From the NCBI GenBank assembly GCA_040904565.1, contig JBBDTI010000079.1, positions 16,998 through 50,161 on the forward strand: 33,164 nt of DNA. Direction: 5' to 3'. This DNA comes from Rhodothermales bacterium (GTDB lineage Bacteria > Bacteroidota > Rhodothermia > Rhodothermales > VXPQ01). Positions within the stretch are counted from its first letter, which is position 1, and each line of letters starts with the position of its first letter. Of this stretch, positions 1 through 9,778 are shown piece by piece. The position numbers were made by a program, and so were the translations under genes. Below the pieces are notes generated by a model that searched no databases, was not told the origin of the DNA, and saw only the letters and a program-made list of their open reading frames with translations.

Positions 1-6
1 TGGTGA

Positions 7-52
7 GCTGTGCTGGTATGCTCTGCTGGTATGCTGTGCTGGTACGCTCTGC
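7..52. repeat. 13-bp tandem repeat GCT(G/C)TGCTGGTA(T/C), about 3.5 copies (may extend past the window start)
   Basis: Units at 7-19, 20-32, 33-45 and partial 46-52, with G/C alternating at unit position 4. Confidence 0.8.
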
Positions 53-79
53 GGGGCCTACGGACTCGGCGATCTGTCA

Positions 80-934
80 TCAATCGGTTTCGTCGATGCG
101 GCGGAGTTCGTTCTCCAGCTCGTCCAGTTCCTCGCCGCCGGCCATGAGCGTGATCATCTCCTCACGTGATATCTCGGATTTCGGGAAGGTGCCGTAACTC
201 CGGCCGCGGTTCAAGATCGTAAACCGATCGCCGATCGGGTAGGCGTGGTGGATATTGTGCGTGATGAAGATGACGCCCACGCCGCGTTTCCTGGCCTGGG
301 CGATATACCGGAGCACGATGGCCGCCTCCTTGACGCCGAGCGCGGAGGTTGGTTCGTCGAGGATGAGCAGGCGTGCCCCGAAATATACGGCCCGTGCGAT
401 GGCAACGGATTGCCGTTCTCCTCCGGAGAGGGTTCCGACGGCCTGGGAGGTATCGCGCACGTCGATGCCCATCCTCCCCAGCTGCTCCTTGGTAACGGCG
501 TCCGCCGTGGACATATCGAACCGTCGGAACGGCCCCCATCCCGTGGTCGGTTCGGCGCCCAGGAAAAAGTTGCGCGCGATGCTCATGAGCGGAATCATCG
601 CGAGGTCCTGGTAGACCGTGGCGATCCCGTGTCCGATAGCGTCGCGCGGTGAGGCAAACCGTACGGGCCGGCCGTCGACGAGCAGCTCGCCCTCGTCCGG
701 CGCATGCACGCCGGAGAGGCACTTGATAAGCGTCGATTTCCCGGCTCCGTTGTCGCCCAGGAGGCACATCACCTCGCCGGGATGCACCGTCATGGATACG
801 TCGCGGAGGGCGACGACGTTGCCGAAGAACTTCGATACGCTCCGCAGCTCGATCAGGGGGGCATCGTCGCTCGGTTCGATATGCGCTGCGCCGGGCGTCT
901 CGAGTCGGGAGGGAGCATTCGATTTACCGGTCAT
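80..934 (-). CDS. Sugar (probably inositol) ABC transporter ATP-binding protein
   Basis: Walker [10 protein letters not shown], signature LSGGERQ, Walker B LLILDEP, H-loop ITH; single ABC domain at the end of the iol cluster. Confidence 0.93.
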   Translation of the reverse strand: MTGKSNAPSRLETPGAAHIEPSDDAPLIELRSVSKFFGNVVALRDVSMTVHPGEVMCLLGDNGAGKSTLIKCLSGVHAPDEGELLVDGRPVRFASPRDAIGHGIATVYQDLAMIPLMSIARNFFLGAEPTTGWGPFRRFDMSTADAVTKEQLGRMGIDVRDTSQAVGTLSGGERQSVAIARAVYFGARLLILDEPTSALGVKEAAIVLRYIAQARKRGVGVIFITHNIHHAYPIGDRFTILNRGRSYGTFPKSEISREEMITLMAGGEELDELENELRRIDETD

Positions 935-935
935 G

Positions 936-1976
936 CTAGCCCACCTCCATCGCTTTCTGTCGTACCCAGTTGTTGATCAGCACGGCCAGCAGCAGCATGC
1001 CGCCGAGAAAAACCTGAAACCAGTCGGCGTCGACGCCGCTGAAGACGATGCCCTGGCGGACCATCCCGAAGATCAGGGCACCGAAGACGGCGCCGATGGC
1101 CGTGCCGTAGCCGCCCGTGAGGAGCGTGCCTCCGATGACGACCACGATGATGGCGAAGAACTCGCGCAGCTCGCCCCGCAGCACATCCGCCCCGGTGAAC
1201 CCGACGGCCTGAATGACCCCTACGAGGCTCGCGGCGAGCGCCGTCAGGATGAAGAGCGTGATCTTGACGCGGTGGACCGGTACTCCCGCGTTTCGCGCGG
1301 CGGCGGGATCGCCGCCCACGCCGTAGATCCAGTTGCCGAAGGAGGTCCGGCGGAGCACCCAGGAAGCCGCCCCGGCCACGACGATCCACCAGAGAATGGA
1401 GACGGGAAATCCCGTGCCGCCAAGCGACATCTCGCTGGCGAAGACGGCGTGTGCCGCGTCGTAGCCGGGCACCCGGCCGAGTCCGCCCACCTGCGTTCGT
1501 CCCGCGATGAGGCGCGTAATACCGATCGTCGCCCCTCGGAAGATGAACAGGGTAGCGAGCGTTACGATAAAAGAGGGGAGGCCCGTGCGGATGACCAGAT
1601 AGCCGTTGAAGAATCCGGCCGCGACGGCGAAGGCGACCACGGCGAGCAGGGCGGCCCAGAGCGGCCATCCGTAGACGACCGAAAGCAGGGTCATGAGCAT
1701 CCCGCTGGCGCCGATCATCGACCCGACGGAGAGATCGAATTCACCGCCGATCATGAGGAGCGCGACGGCGGCGGCGAGGATGCCCAGCTCGGCCGACACC
1801 TCCAGATAGGTCGCCGTGCCGGCGAGCGTCAGAAAGCCTCGATCGCCCGCAACGATCGCGAAGAAGCCCCATACGAACAGGGCGCCGGCCACCGCGCCCA
1901 GTTCCGGTCGGGCGATCAGGCGCTGGAGGACGGACGTGGCGAGCACCCGTTCGTCTGTGGAAGCGGCGGCGTCCAT
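936..1976 (-). CDS. Sugar ABC transporter permease (RbsC/BPD_transp_2 family)
   Basis: [19 protein letters not shown] and [10 protein letters not shown] motifs, many TM helices; start set at ATG 1976 (MDAAAS), just after the stop of the binding-protein gene. Confidence 0.9.
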   Translation of the reverse strand: MDAAASTDERVLATSVLQRLIARPELGAVAGALFVWGFFAIVAGDRGFLTLAGTATYLEVSAELGILAAAVALLMIGGEFDLSVGSMIGASGMLMTLLSVVYGWPLWAALLAVVAFAVAAGFFNGYLVIRTGLPSFIVTLATLFIFRGATIGITRLIAGRTQVGGLGRVPGYDAAHAVFASEMSLGGTGFPVSILWWIVVAGAASWVLRRTSFGNWIYGVGGDPAAARNAGVPVHRVKITLFILTALAASLVGVIQAVGFTGADVLRGELREFFAIIVVVIGGTLLTGGYGTAIGAVFGALIFGMVRQGIVFSGVDADWFQVFLGGMLLLAVLINNWVRQKAMEVG

Positions 1977-1977
1977 C

Positions 1978-2949
1978 TCAGCGGGTCCCTCGTTCCGTGA
2001 GCTCTCTGATTCTGGCGACGTTTTCCGACGTGATGAAAACGGGGCCGGTGCGTACGACGTCGTTGGCGACCTCGTTCTCGTTCCGGAGGCGGAGAGCGAG
2101 CAGATTGACGGGGAGGTAGCCCTGCAGGTAGGGCTGCTGGTCAATGGCGAAGACGATCTCGCCGGCCTCGATCGCTTCGAGGATCTCGGGGGATACGTCG
2201 AACGTGGCAAACGTAAGCTCGCCGAGGACGTCCCGCGCGCTCAGGGCGCGGAGTGCGGGCATCGTGCTCGACGGGCCCAGCGTGATGATGCCGTCGACGT
2301 CCGGGTTGGAGGACAGTCCGGCCTGGATCCGCTGCTGCGATTCGGTCGGATCGCCGACCTCCACGGCGAGCACGCTCGACGTCGCGCCCGCCTCCCGCAT
2401 GGCGTCCGCTACACCCTGACAGCGAAGGTCGAGGGCGGTGTTTCCGACCTCGTGGTTGATGCAGAAGGCGCTCGTGACGCCGGCGGCGGCAAGTCGTTCC
2501 CCGCCGCCGTAGCCGGCTTCGTACTCCGTCTGGCCGACGTGCACCATGGCGCCGAGCTCCTGGGCAACCTCGTACCCCGAGTTGATGGATACGATGGGAA
2601 TCCCCGCGGCGACGGCCTTTGCGACCGCGCCGCGCAGTGCATCGGCGTCGGGCATGCTGATGACGAGTCCGTCAGGAGACGAGGCCACGGCGGCGTCGAT
2701 GAGCTGCGACATGGCGACCATGTCGAACGATTCCGGTGCCTGGTACTCGACGCGTACCCCCGCGTCCGTGCCGGCCTGCCGGGCGCCGTTCTGCACGACG
2801 CTCCAGAAGGGGTCGGAGGCCTGTCCGTGCGTCACGAAGATGACGCGGAGGGTCTCACGTTCGCCGTCGGCGCGGCCGGTGCAGGACGCCAGGATGCCGC
2901 CGACGAGCAGGCAGAGGAGCGCGGCGGTCCACGTAGGTGTTCGCATCAT
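1978..2949 (-). CDS. Sugar ABC transporter substrate-binding lipoprotein (likely inositol)
   Basis: Lipobox LASC; [14 protein letters not shown] and [10 protein letters not shown] motifs of Peripla_BP_4 proteins. Confidence 0.9.
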   Translation of the reverse strand: MMRTPTWTAALLCLLVGGILASCTGRADGERETLRVIFVTHGQASDPFWSVVQNGARQAGTDAGVRVEYQAPESFDMVAMSQLIDAAVASSPDGLVISMPDADALRGAVAKAVAAGIPIVSINSGYEVAQELGAMVHVGQTEYEAGYGGGERLAAAGVTSAFCINHEVGNTALDLRCQGVADAMREAGATSSVLAVEVGDPTESQQRIQAGLSSNPDVDGIITLGPSSTMPALRALSARDVLGELTFATFDVSPEILEAIEAGEIVFAIDQQPYLQGYLPVNLLALRLRNENEVANDVVRTGPVFITSENVARIRELTERGTR

Positions 2950-3004
2950 CGGTCGTTCGAGTCGGTGGAGTCGTAGGGCTGGGTAGCGACGTTCATGTTC
3001 CGGC

Positions 3005-4909
3005 TCAGGTGACGTCGTCGTCTGCGAACGGGGGCTTCAGGTACGTGCGTTCCCGGACGCGCATGGCTTCCCATTCCCGTCGGGCCTCTTCGACGGAGGG
3101 ACGGTCGCTCACTTCCGCCACCGGCACGTCCCACCAGCTCTCGTAGCCGGGGACGTCGACGTACCGGTCGTTCTGCACGTAAATGACGGTCGTGCGATCG
3201 ATTGCACGCGATGCTTCGAGGGCGTCGGCAACGTCGTCGCGCGAGGTGCACCGGATCACGTGTGCACCCAGGCTCTCCGCATTCGCGGCGAGGTCGACGG
3301 GCAGCGTATGCGTGGTGGAGACATTGTCTCCGGGCAGTGCGCCGTCGGCCGGAAAGGCATAGCGTGTGCCGAAGCCTTTCTGCCCCAGCGATCTGCTAAG
3401 CGCCCCGATGCTCTTGAAACCGTGGTTGTCCATCAGCACGATCGTGAGCTTGTAGCCTTCCTGGATCGACGTCACGATTTCACCCGAAAGCATCAGATAG
3501 CTGCCGTCGCCGACGAGCACGTAGACCTCGCGGTCGGGGTCGGCCATCTTGATGCCGAGCCCGCCGGCAATTTCATAGCCCATCGTGCTGTATCCATATT
3601 CGAGATGATACTGCTTGGGGTGGCGAGCCCGCCACAGCTTGTGGAGGTCGCCCGGGAGGCTACCGGCGGCGCAGACCATCACGGCGTCCGCATCCCCCTG
3701 CTCGTTCACCGCCCCGATCAGCTCACCCTGGCTGGGGAGCGGTTCGTTGCGGACGGCGTAGATGCGGTCGACTTCATCCTCCCACTCGCCGTGGAGTTTC
3801 GAGGCCGCCTCCCTGTAGCCCGGAGGCGCGCTCCACTCGTTGAGCGCGCCCATGAGCTCCTTGAGCGTCGCCCGCGCGTCCCCTACGAGCGCGAGCGCGC
3901 TGTGTTTGAAGGCGTCGAACTCGGCCACGTTGATATTAACGAAGCGGACGCCGGGGTGCTGAAAGGCCGTCTTGCTGGCCGTCGTGAAATCACTGTAGCG
4001 CGTGCCGATGCCGATTACGAGGTCGGCCTCTCTCGCGATGCGATTCGCGGCGAGCGTACCCGTGACGCCTACCGCGCCCAGGTTCAGGGGATGGTCGAAC
4101 CGCAGGCTGCCCTTCCCGGCCATCGTCTCGCCGACGGGGATGCCCGTGGCGTCGACGAAATCGGCCAGCAGGTCCGTGGCCTCGCTGTAGATGACGCCGC
4201 CACCCGCTACGATCATGGGACGCTCGCTGGCGCGGATCCAGTCGGCCGCGCGTTGGATCAGGTCGCGGTCGGGCCGGTTTCGGGGGATGGTCCACGTCCG
4301 GCGCTCGAAGAGTTCCGAGGGGTAGTCGTAGGCCTCCGTCTGGACGTCCTGCGGCATGGCCAGCGTTACGGTGCCCGTGTCGGCCGGACTCGTCAGCACG
4401 CGCATCGCCTCCGGAAGGGCGGTGACGAGCTGGTCCGGACGGTTGATGCGGTCCCAGTAGCGGCTTACGGGCTTGAAGCAATCGTTGACGGAGAGGTCCT
4501 GCGAATGCTCCGACTCGAGCTGCTGGAGGACCGGTGCCACGTTGCGGCGGGCGAAGATGTCGCCGGGCAGCAGCAGCACGGGCAGGCGGTTGATCGTCGC
4601 AACGGCCGCGCCGGTGAGCATATTGGTCGCTCCCGGACCGATGGACGACGTGCAGGCGAACGTCTGCAGGCGGTTCTTCATCTTGGCGTACGCCGCCGCC
4701 GTGTGGACCATCGCCTGTTCGTTCCGAGACTGATAGTACCGAAAGTCGGGTTCCTGCTGGAGCGCCTGGCCGATACCGGCGACGTTGCCGTGCCCGAAGA
4801 TGCCGAAGCAGCCGGCGAAGAAGGGCTGTTTGGCGCCGTCACGTTCGACGTACTGATGCTTGAGAAACCGGATGACGGCCTGTGCGGTCGTGAGGCGGAC
4901 GGTCTTCAT
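3005..4909 (-). CDS. iolD: 3D-(3,5/4)-trihydroxycyclohexane-1,2-dione acylhydrolase (TPP-dependent)
   Basis: [12 protein letters not shown]-terminus, [23 protein letters not shown] motif [16 protein letters not shown]; start set at ATG 4909. Confidence 0.95.
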   Translation of the reverse strand: MKTVRLTTAQAVIRFLKHQYVERDGAKQPFFAGCFGIFGHGNVAGIGQALQQEPDFRYYQSRNEQAMVHTAAAYAKMKNRLQTFACTSSIGPGATNMLTGAAVATINRLPVLLLPGDIFARRNVAPVLQQLESEHSQDLSVNDCFKPVSRYWDRINRPDQLVTALPEAMRVLTSPADTGTVTLAMPQDVQTEAYDYPSELFERRTWTIPRNRPDRDLIQRAADWIRASERPMIVAGGGVIYSEATDLLADFVDATGIPVGETMAGKGSLRFDHPLNLGAVGVTGTLAANRIAREADLVIGIGTRYSDFTTASKTAFQHPGVRFVNINVAEFDAFKHSALALVGDARATLKELMGALNEWSAPPGYREAASKLHGEWEDEVDRIYAVRNEPLPSQGELIGAVNEQGDADAVMVCAAGSLPGDLHKLWRARHPKQYHLEYGYSTMGYEIAGGLGIKMADPDREVYVLVGDGSYLMLSGEIVTSIQEGYKLTIVLMDNHGFKSIGALSRSLGQKGFGTRYAFPADGALPGDNVSTTHTLPVDLAANAESLGAHVIRCTSRDDVADALEASRAIDRTTVIYVQNDRYVDVPGYESWWDVPVAEVSDRPSVEEARREWEAMRVRERTYLKPPFADDDVT

Positions 4910-4941
4910 GGTCCTTGGATGCGATGGGTGCGTGGATGGAC

Positions 4942-4999
4942 TCGATCTCGGTAGTTCGATCTCGGTAGTTCGATCCCGGCAGGTCGATGGCAGGTCGAA
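4942..4999. repeat. Degenerating 14-bp tandem repeat (TCGATCTCGGTAGT) in the iolB-iolD spacer
   Basis: tcgatctcggtagt twice, then tcgatcccggcagg, tcgatggcagg, tcgaa. Confidence 0.7.
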
Positions 5000-5030
5000 C
5001 TGCGTGGATTGATTGCGGCAGCTGGATCTC

Positions 5031-5945
5031 TCAGTACGTCGTGAGCGACGACTCGGGCACGTCGTAGATCGGGATGGCGGGATTTCGTGTCGTGTACGTA
5101 TCCTTGACCCACGCATGCGCCGGGTCGTCCGTGTTGGCGAGCGACTGGGCGCTGCCCGCCAGCACGTTGAGGTAATACGTGGTGTATCCCGGCGGGCTGA
5201 CGACGGGGTGATAACCTTCCGGTACGAGCACGACGTCCTGATCTTTAGCCATCACTACTTCGTCGAACCCTTTTCCGGCAGCATGTAGAGGTGACTCGGG
5301 ATCGGTGTAGACGCGCTGATAGGCGAAGCCGCCTTCCCGGTCGATACGATAATAATAGATTTCTTCGAGGTCTGCTTCGATGACGTTCCCGTCGTCGTCG
5401 GTTTTGTGGATGTCGTGCTTGTGGGGCGGGTAGCTCGACCAGCCTCCGCTCGGCGTGTAGACCTCCACGATGACGAGGCGGTGGCAATCGAAGCCGGGTG
5501 GTATGATGCCGTTGATCTGGCGCGTCGCGTTGTCGCCCCCGCGGATCTCGACCGGCACGTCGGCGGGTGTGACGAGCTGTGGGGAATGGTCCTCGCCGGT
5601 CGGTACGCGGGCGACGGCGTACTCGGCGTCGGAGGCGGCGGTGATGGTGAAGTCCGTCTTGCGCGGAAGATAGAGCGCATAGGGCAGCCCGTCGAAGACG
5701 TTTTTTCGTCGGCCCACGCCGGTCCAGCTCCCCCGGCTGGAATCCACGTCGATCGTGCCGCCGAGGACGACGAGTGCGAGTTCGTCGCCGCCGGTGGCAT
5801 CGTTCCACGAGGCGCCGGCCGTCAGGCGCCGGCTCTGAAAGCGGATGAGCTCCCAGCCGGCGCGTTCGGGGGTAACCTCGACGAAGACGTCGGCGTTCGG
5901 GTCGGCGGTACCGCGAATGATGAGGTTGTCGGCGTCGTATTGCAT
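5031..5945 (-). CDS. iolB: 5-deoxy-glucuronate isomerase
   Basis: EVYTPSGGWSSYPPHKHD, LEEIYYY, VPEGYHPV and YYLNVLAG motifs of the KduI/IolB family; start set at ATG 5945. Confidence 0.93.
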   Translation of the reverse strand: MQYDADNLIIRGTADPNADVFVEVTPERAGWELIRFQSRRLTAGASWNDATGGDELALVVLGGTIDVDSSRGSWTGVGRRKNVFDGLPYALYLPRKTDFTITAASDAEYAVARVPTGEDHSPQLVTPADVPVEIRGGDNATRQINGIIPPGFDCHRLVIVEVYTPSGGWSSYPPHKHDIHKTDDDGNVIEADLEEIYYYRIDREGGFAYQRVYTDPESPLHAAGKGFDEVVMAKDQDVVLVPEGYHPVVSPPGYTTYYLNVLAGSAQSLANTDDPAHAWVKDTYTTRNPAIPIYDVPESSLTTY

Positions 5946-5958
5946 GCTAGGTGGGCGG

Positions 5959-6984
5959 TTATGTGGGTGTCCATCCTGTGCGGATTGCCTCGAGCGTGAC
6001 GGGTCCGCCCGTCGCGGCGGCATACGTTGCCGCGAGTGCGATTTCGAAGGCTGCGAGGGCATCTCGACCGGAAGGTTTCGGCTCGATGCCACGCCTTACG
6101 CAATCTACGAAATGCCGGATTTGCTTTCGGTAGGCCGGACCAAATCGATGCGTCAGATAATGCTCTCCATGGTCAACCGGTCGCGGCTGCGGTCTCGTGC
6201 CGTAATCCGCATGGCCAACGCGGACGGCGGATCGTGAACCGAGCACTTCGGCACGGATGTCATACCCATAGGATGCGTTGCGAGACACCTCTACACTGCC
6301 GATGGCACCGGTCGCGAATCGCAAGTTGACGACGGCATTGTCGAAGTCGCCGACGGCCCTGAGCTCGTCGCACACCAAGTTAGTACCTTCGGCGGAGACG
6401 CGAACGACCTCACTGGCCAGGAGCCACCGAGCCAGGTCGAAGTCGTGGATAGCCATATCCATGATGAGTCCGCCGCTATGGCGGGGATCCGCATAGGTGG
6501 GGTCCGGACAGAACGGATCACGGCCGACCCCTTTAAACGTTATCGGTCGACCGATCCGCCCACTGGCGATGGTAGATTTGGCCGAGGCAAATCGTTCGTC
6601 GAAACGCCGCATAAATCCGACCTGCAGGGGCACGTCTGCTTGATCGACGGCGTCCAGCATACGCCGCGTGTCTTCGAGGGACAGTGCGAGCGGTTTCTCG
6701 CAGAAGATGGCTTTTCCGGCTGAAGCTGCCCGAATGACGAAATCGGCGTGCGTGCTCGTGGGCGTGGCGATGATGACGGCGTCCACCGCCTCCAATTCGA
6801 ACGCGGCGTCGGCCGATTTAAACTGATGGGCTACGTCTATCTCGGACAGCATCTGCTGCTGGTCATCGATATCGAGGCTTGCCACGGCAGTGAGGCGTGC
6901 ATCGTTCATACGGTCGATCGTACGGGCATAGATCTTCCCCATGCGGCCGAGCCCGATAAGTGCGACGTTTACAGGTTCGTTCAT
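5959..6984 (-). CDS. iolG: myo-inositol 2-dehydrogenase (Gfo/Idh/MocA family)
   Basis: GLGRMG Rossmann motif, CEKP, GFMRRFD, DMAIHDFD, YGYDIRAEV; adjacent to iolB and iolD. Confidence 0.85.
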   Translation of the reverse strand: MNEPVNVALIGLGRMGKIYARTIDRMNDARLTAVASLDIDDQQQMLSEIDVAHQFKSADAAFELEAVDAVIIATPTSTHADFVIRAASAGKAIFCEKPLALSLEDTRRMLDAVDQADVPLQVGFMRRFDERFASAKSTIASGRIGRPITFKGVGRDPFCPDPTYADPRHSGGLIMDMAIHDFDLARWLLASEVVRVSAEGTNLVCDELRAVGDFDNAVVNLRFATGAIGSVEVSRNASYGYDIRAEVLGSRSAVRVGHADYGTRPQPRPVDHGEHYLTHRFGPAYRKQIRHFVDCVRRGIEPKPSGRDALAAFEIALAATYAAATGGPVTLEAIRTGWTPT

Positions 6985-7070
6985 GCTATCGACGCCATAA
7001 AATGGTCCCCGCGGCGACGTCGAACTGCCAGCGCTCGGCGGCGTGACCGTATCCTGCAGCCCGATCTACG

Positions 7071-7739
7071 TCAGAGCCCCCCTTCCTTGCCTACCAGTGG
7101 AACGAAGCGAAAGATGTGGGCCTCCTCGCGTTCGAACTCTTCTCCGCCGACGCGGCGGAAGAGATTCATCTTCTGTCCCTTCTCGTCGCCGATCGGGATG
7201 ACGAGGCGCCCGGCCGGCTTGCCGTCCTCACCCTCGATGCGAAGCTGATTGAGGAGCGGTTCGGGTACGTCGGACGCCCCCGCGGTAACGACGATGCCGT
7301 CGAAGGGCGCGAAGGCGGGCCAGCCGAGCGTCCCATCACCGTGCTTGAGCACGACGCGGTATCCGAGGGAATCGAGAATGCTGCGTGTGCGGTCAAGCAG
7401 CGGCCGGTGCCGTTCGATCGAAAAGACACGTGCACCCATCTCGCAGAGCACGGCGGCCTGATATCCGCTGCCCGTCCCGATCTCCAGAATGCGGTCGCCC
7501 TTCTCGGGGGAAAGCAGCATGGTCTGGTAGGCGACCGTAAACGGCTGGGAAATCGTCTGGCTCATCCCGATGGGAAGGGCCTCGTCCTCGTAGGCGCGCG
7601 CCCTAAGGGCCGGCTCGACGAACTCGTGGCGTGGCACGGCACCGATGGCGGCCAGCACACGTTCGTCGGTAATCTTATTTTCGCGAAGATGGTCGACGAG
7701 GCGGCGGCGCTGGCGCTGGTACTTTCGGTCGTCGGACAT
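7071..7739 (-). CDS. pcm: Protein-L-isoaspartate O-methyltransferase
   Basis: VPRHEFV, QTISQP, LEIGTGSGYQAA, APFDGIVVTAG, FRFVPL. Confidence 0.96.
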   Translation of the reverse strand: MSDDRKYQRQRRRLVDHLRENKITDERVLAAIGAVPRHEFVEPALRARAYEDEALPIGMSQTISQPFTVAYQTMLLSPEKGDRILEIGTGSGYQAAVLCEMGARVFSIERHRPLLDRTRSILDSLGYRVVLKHGDGTLGWPAFAPFDGIVVTAGASDVPEPLLNQLRIEGEDGKPAGRLVIPIGDEKGQKMNLFRRVGGEEFEREEAHIFRFVPLVGKEGGL

Positions 7740-7774
7740 GGACGGCGACGGGACTGAAGGAGGTAGAGTCGCTG

Positions 7775-7813
7775 CAAGATGCTGTCAAGATGCTGTCAAG
7801 ATGCTGTCAAGAT
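7775..7813. repeat. 11-bp tandem repeat CAAGATGCTGT, 3.5 perfect copies, in the dacA-pcm spacer
   Basis: Units at 7775-7785, 7786-7796, 7797-7807 and partial 7808-7813. Confidence 0.9.
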
Positions 7814-7856
7814 ACGGTGCGAGAGGCAATAAGGTGGAGGCCGGGTCCTGCGTGTG

Positions 7857-8663
7857 CTACTCGGATTCGGCTGTGGTCAGGGCCTTGGTCGTATCCTGCG
7901 ACTGCATGGTAAAGGCGTCCCGCAGGTGGTTGCGGAGCTCGTTTACGGTAAGGTTCGAGATAAGCTCGCCGTCCATCGCGACGGATATGGTCCCGGTCTC
8001 CTCGGAAACCACGACGACGAAGGCATCCGTCTGCTCCGTAAGCCCGACGGCAGCCCGATGGCGCAGTCCGAGGTGCTGGCTCAGCTTCATGCTCGTGGAA
8101 ACGGGCAGAATACATCGAGCGGCCTCGAGGCGCCGACTGGAAATGATGACGGCTCCGTCATGGAGAGGATTCTGCCCGTAGAAAATGGTCACGAGCAGGT
8201 CGCGGGTGACGCTCGCCTGGAGGAGCGTCCCCGTTTCGATGTAATTGCGGAGTCCGGATGACCGCTCGAATGCAATGAGGGCTCCGATGCGATTCTTGCT
8301 CATCTCCGCGGCGGCCGCGGTGACTTCCGCGAGCATATCCTCGTGGGCGGAGGACGTGACGAATCGGCGGACGAGCGGATTCTGGCCGAGCAGGAGCAGC
8401 ACGCGCCGAATCTCCGGCTGGAACAGGATGATGATGGCCAGAACGGCCACTTCACCGATGGACGCGAAAAGAGCGGGGAGCATGGTCATGTCGATCGCAG
8501 CGACGATAACCTGCACGGCGTAGAGTGCCATCAGCCCAAGAAAGATCTGCACGGCGATCGTGCCGCGCATGAACATGTAGAGCTTGTAAAGCAGGTACGA
8601 TACGACCGTGATCTCAAGGAGATCGACAACACGTATCGGTATGATCCAGTCTATCAGCTCCAA
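7857..8663 (-). CDS. dacA: Diadenylate cyclase (CdaA/DacA type, c-di-AMP synthase)
   Basis: Three N-terminal TM helices, FQPEIRR, catalytic PLHDGA and GLRHRAA motifs, VVSEETG; TTG start. Confidence 0.93.
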   Translation of the reverse strand: MELIDWIIPIRVVDLLEITVVSYLLYKLYMFMRGTIAVQIFLGLMALYAVQVIVAAIDMTMLPALFASIGEVAVLAIIILFQPEIRRVLLLLGQNPLVRRFVTSSAHEDMLAEVTAAAAEMSKNRIGALIAFERSSGLRNYIETGTLLQASVTRDLLVTIFYGQNPLHDGAVIISSRRLEAARCILPVSTSMKLSQHLGLRHRAAVGLTEQTDAFVVVVSEETGTISVAMDGELISNLTVNELRNHLRDAFTMQSQDTTKALTTAESE

Positions 8664-8742
8664 CGTCTTAAATGGCTCGTTTATGAATTACGAGATGTCC
8701 GCTTCCCCCGGGATCCCACCAAAGGAAAAGCGGCCGGGCAAA

Positions 8743-9672
8743 TTAACTGTTTAACGCGGCCCCTATTAGACTAAGCATTTCCATGGTGGGACGGACGTCG
8801 TGGGTTCGGACGATGGAGGCACCGCGTAGGACGCCGACGGCGGTGGCCCCGAGTGAACCGTACAACCGGTCGTCTACCGGTGCCGGCCTCTCCGGCGTAC
8901 CGAGGACGGCGCCAATCGTGCTCTTTCTGGATACGCCGATCATGACGGGCCGGCCGAGTTCGAGTATTCTTTCGACATCGTTGAGAAGCCTGAGGTTCTC
9001 TCGAGGCGTTTTTCCGAAGCCGAATCCCGGATCGACGATCACGTGCCGTACGCCCGCTTCCACCGCCTTCTGTACGCTCAGCGAGAGCGATTCAGTGACC
9101 TCTCGTAGGACATCCTCGTATGTGTGGGCCTGCGGCATATCTCCCGGCTTGCCGAGCGAGTGCATCAGTACGAGCGGTACGTCGAAGTCGGCCGCCGCCG
9201 CGGCCGTCTCGGTCGTGTACCGGAGTCCGGTGACATCGTTGATGAGATGTGCTCCGGCTTCGAGCGCCGCTCGGGCTACGTCGGGCTTCCACGTGTCCAC
9301 CGATATCAGGGTCGTCGGGAACCGCTCTGCCACCGCGCGGACGACGGGTACCACCCGGTCGATCTCCTCCCTTACCGGAACGCCCGACGCCCCCCGGCCA
9401 TACGTCTTTCCCGTCGGCCGCGAGGACTCACCGCCGATGTCGACCAGGCGGGCTCCTTCGCTGAGCATCTCCTCGACGCGGGCAAGTGCGGCAGGAAGGG
9501 TCGTGTATCGCCCGCCATCCGAAAACGAATCAGGCGTTACGTTGAGGATCCCCATAACGTGCGCTCCAATCTCCTTGGCCGGTCGGCAATCGAGCGTCCG
9601 CCCGCGGAAATCCAGCATGAAGTGCTCGGGATCGAAACCGGCAGGCATAGGGTTATCGTTGGTCGTGTACAT
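8743..9672 (-). CDS. folP: Dihydropteroate synthase
   Basis: MGILNVTPDSFSDGG, DIGGESSRP, DPGFGFGK, GVSRKS, RTHDV; start uncertain (ATG 9672 or 9699). Confidence 0.95.
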   Translation of the reverse strand: MYTTNDNPMPAGFDPEHFMLDFRGRTLDCRPAKEIGAHVMGILNVTPDSFSDGGRYTTLPAALARVEEMLSEGARLVDIGGESSRPTGKTYGRGASGVPVREEIDRVVPVVRAVAERFPTTLISVDTWKPDVARAALEAGAHLINDVTGLRYTTETAAAAADFDVPLVLMHSLGKPGDMPQAHTYEDVLREVTESLSLSVQKAVEAGVRHVIVDPGFGFGKTPRENLRLLNDVERILELGRPVMIGVSRKSTIGAVLGTPERPAPVDDRLYGSLGATAVGVLRGASIVRTHDVRPTMEMLSLIGAALNS

Positions 9673-9778
9673 TGGTGCGCGCTTTCCGTGCGCCGGCATG
9701 GCCGCCGCTGCTACATAGTATACGCTGCTCGCGTCACCGTTCGCTCGATATTACCTCAGCTGGATCTTATTGTACGAC

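Noticed and set aside
4910-5116. N-terminal extensions in the ORF track for iolD (also the permease, iolB, cbaA, nosZ, sqr and M20)
   Set aside because: They overlap neighbouring genes or repeats; family-typical N-termini begin at downstream ATGs
5959-6984. iolG as a recent horizontal insertion (looks somewhat lower in GC than iolD)
   Set aside because: The difference was judged from spot counts only, falls within the range seen elsewhere in the window, and there are no mobility signatures
7-7813. Short repeats as a CRISPR array
   Set aside because: Units are 11-14 bp, directly tandem with no spacers, and no cas genes are present
7857-9672. c-di-AMP synthase beside folP in a diderm as a novelty
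   Set aside because: The folP-dacA linkage is a familiar arrangement in Bacteroidota-related genomes
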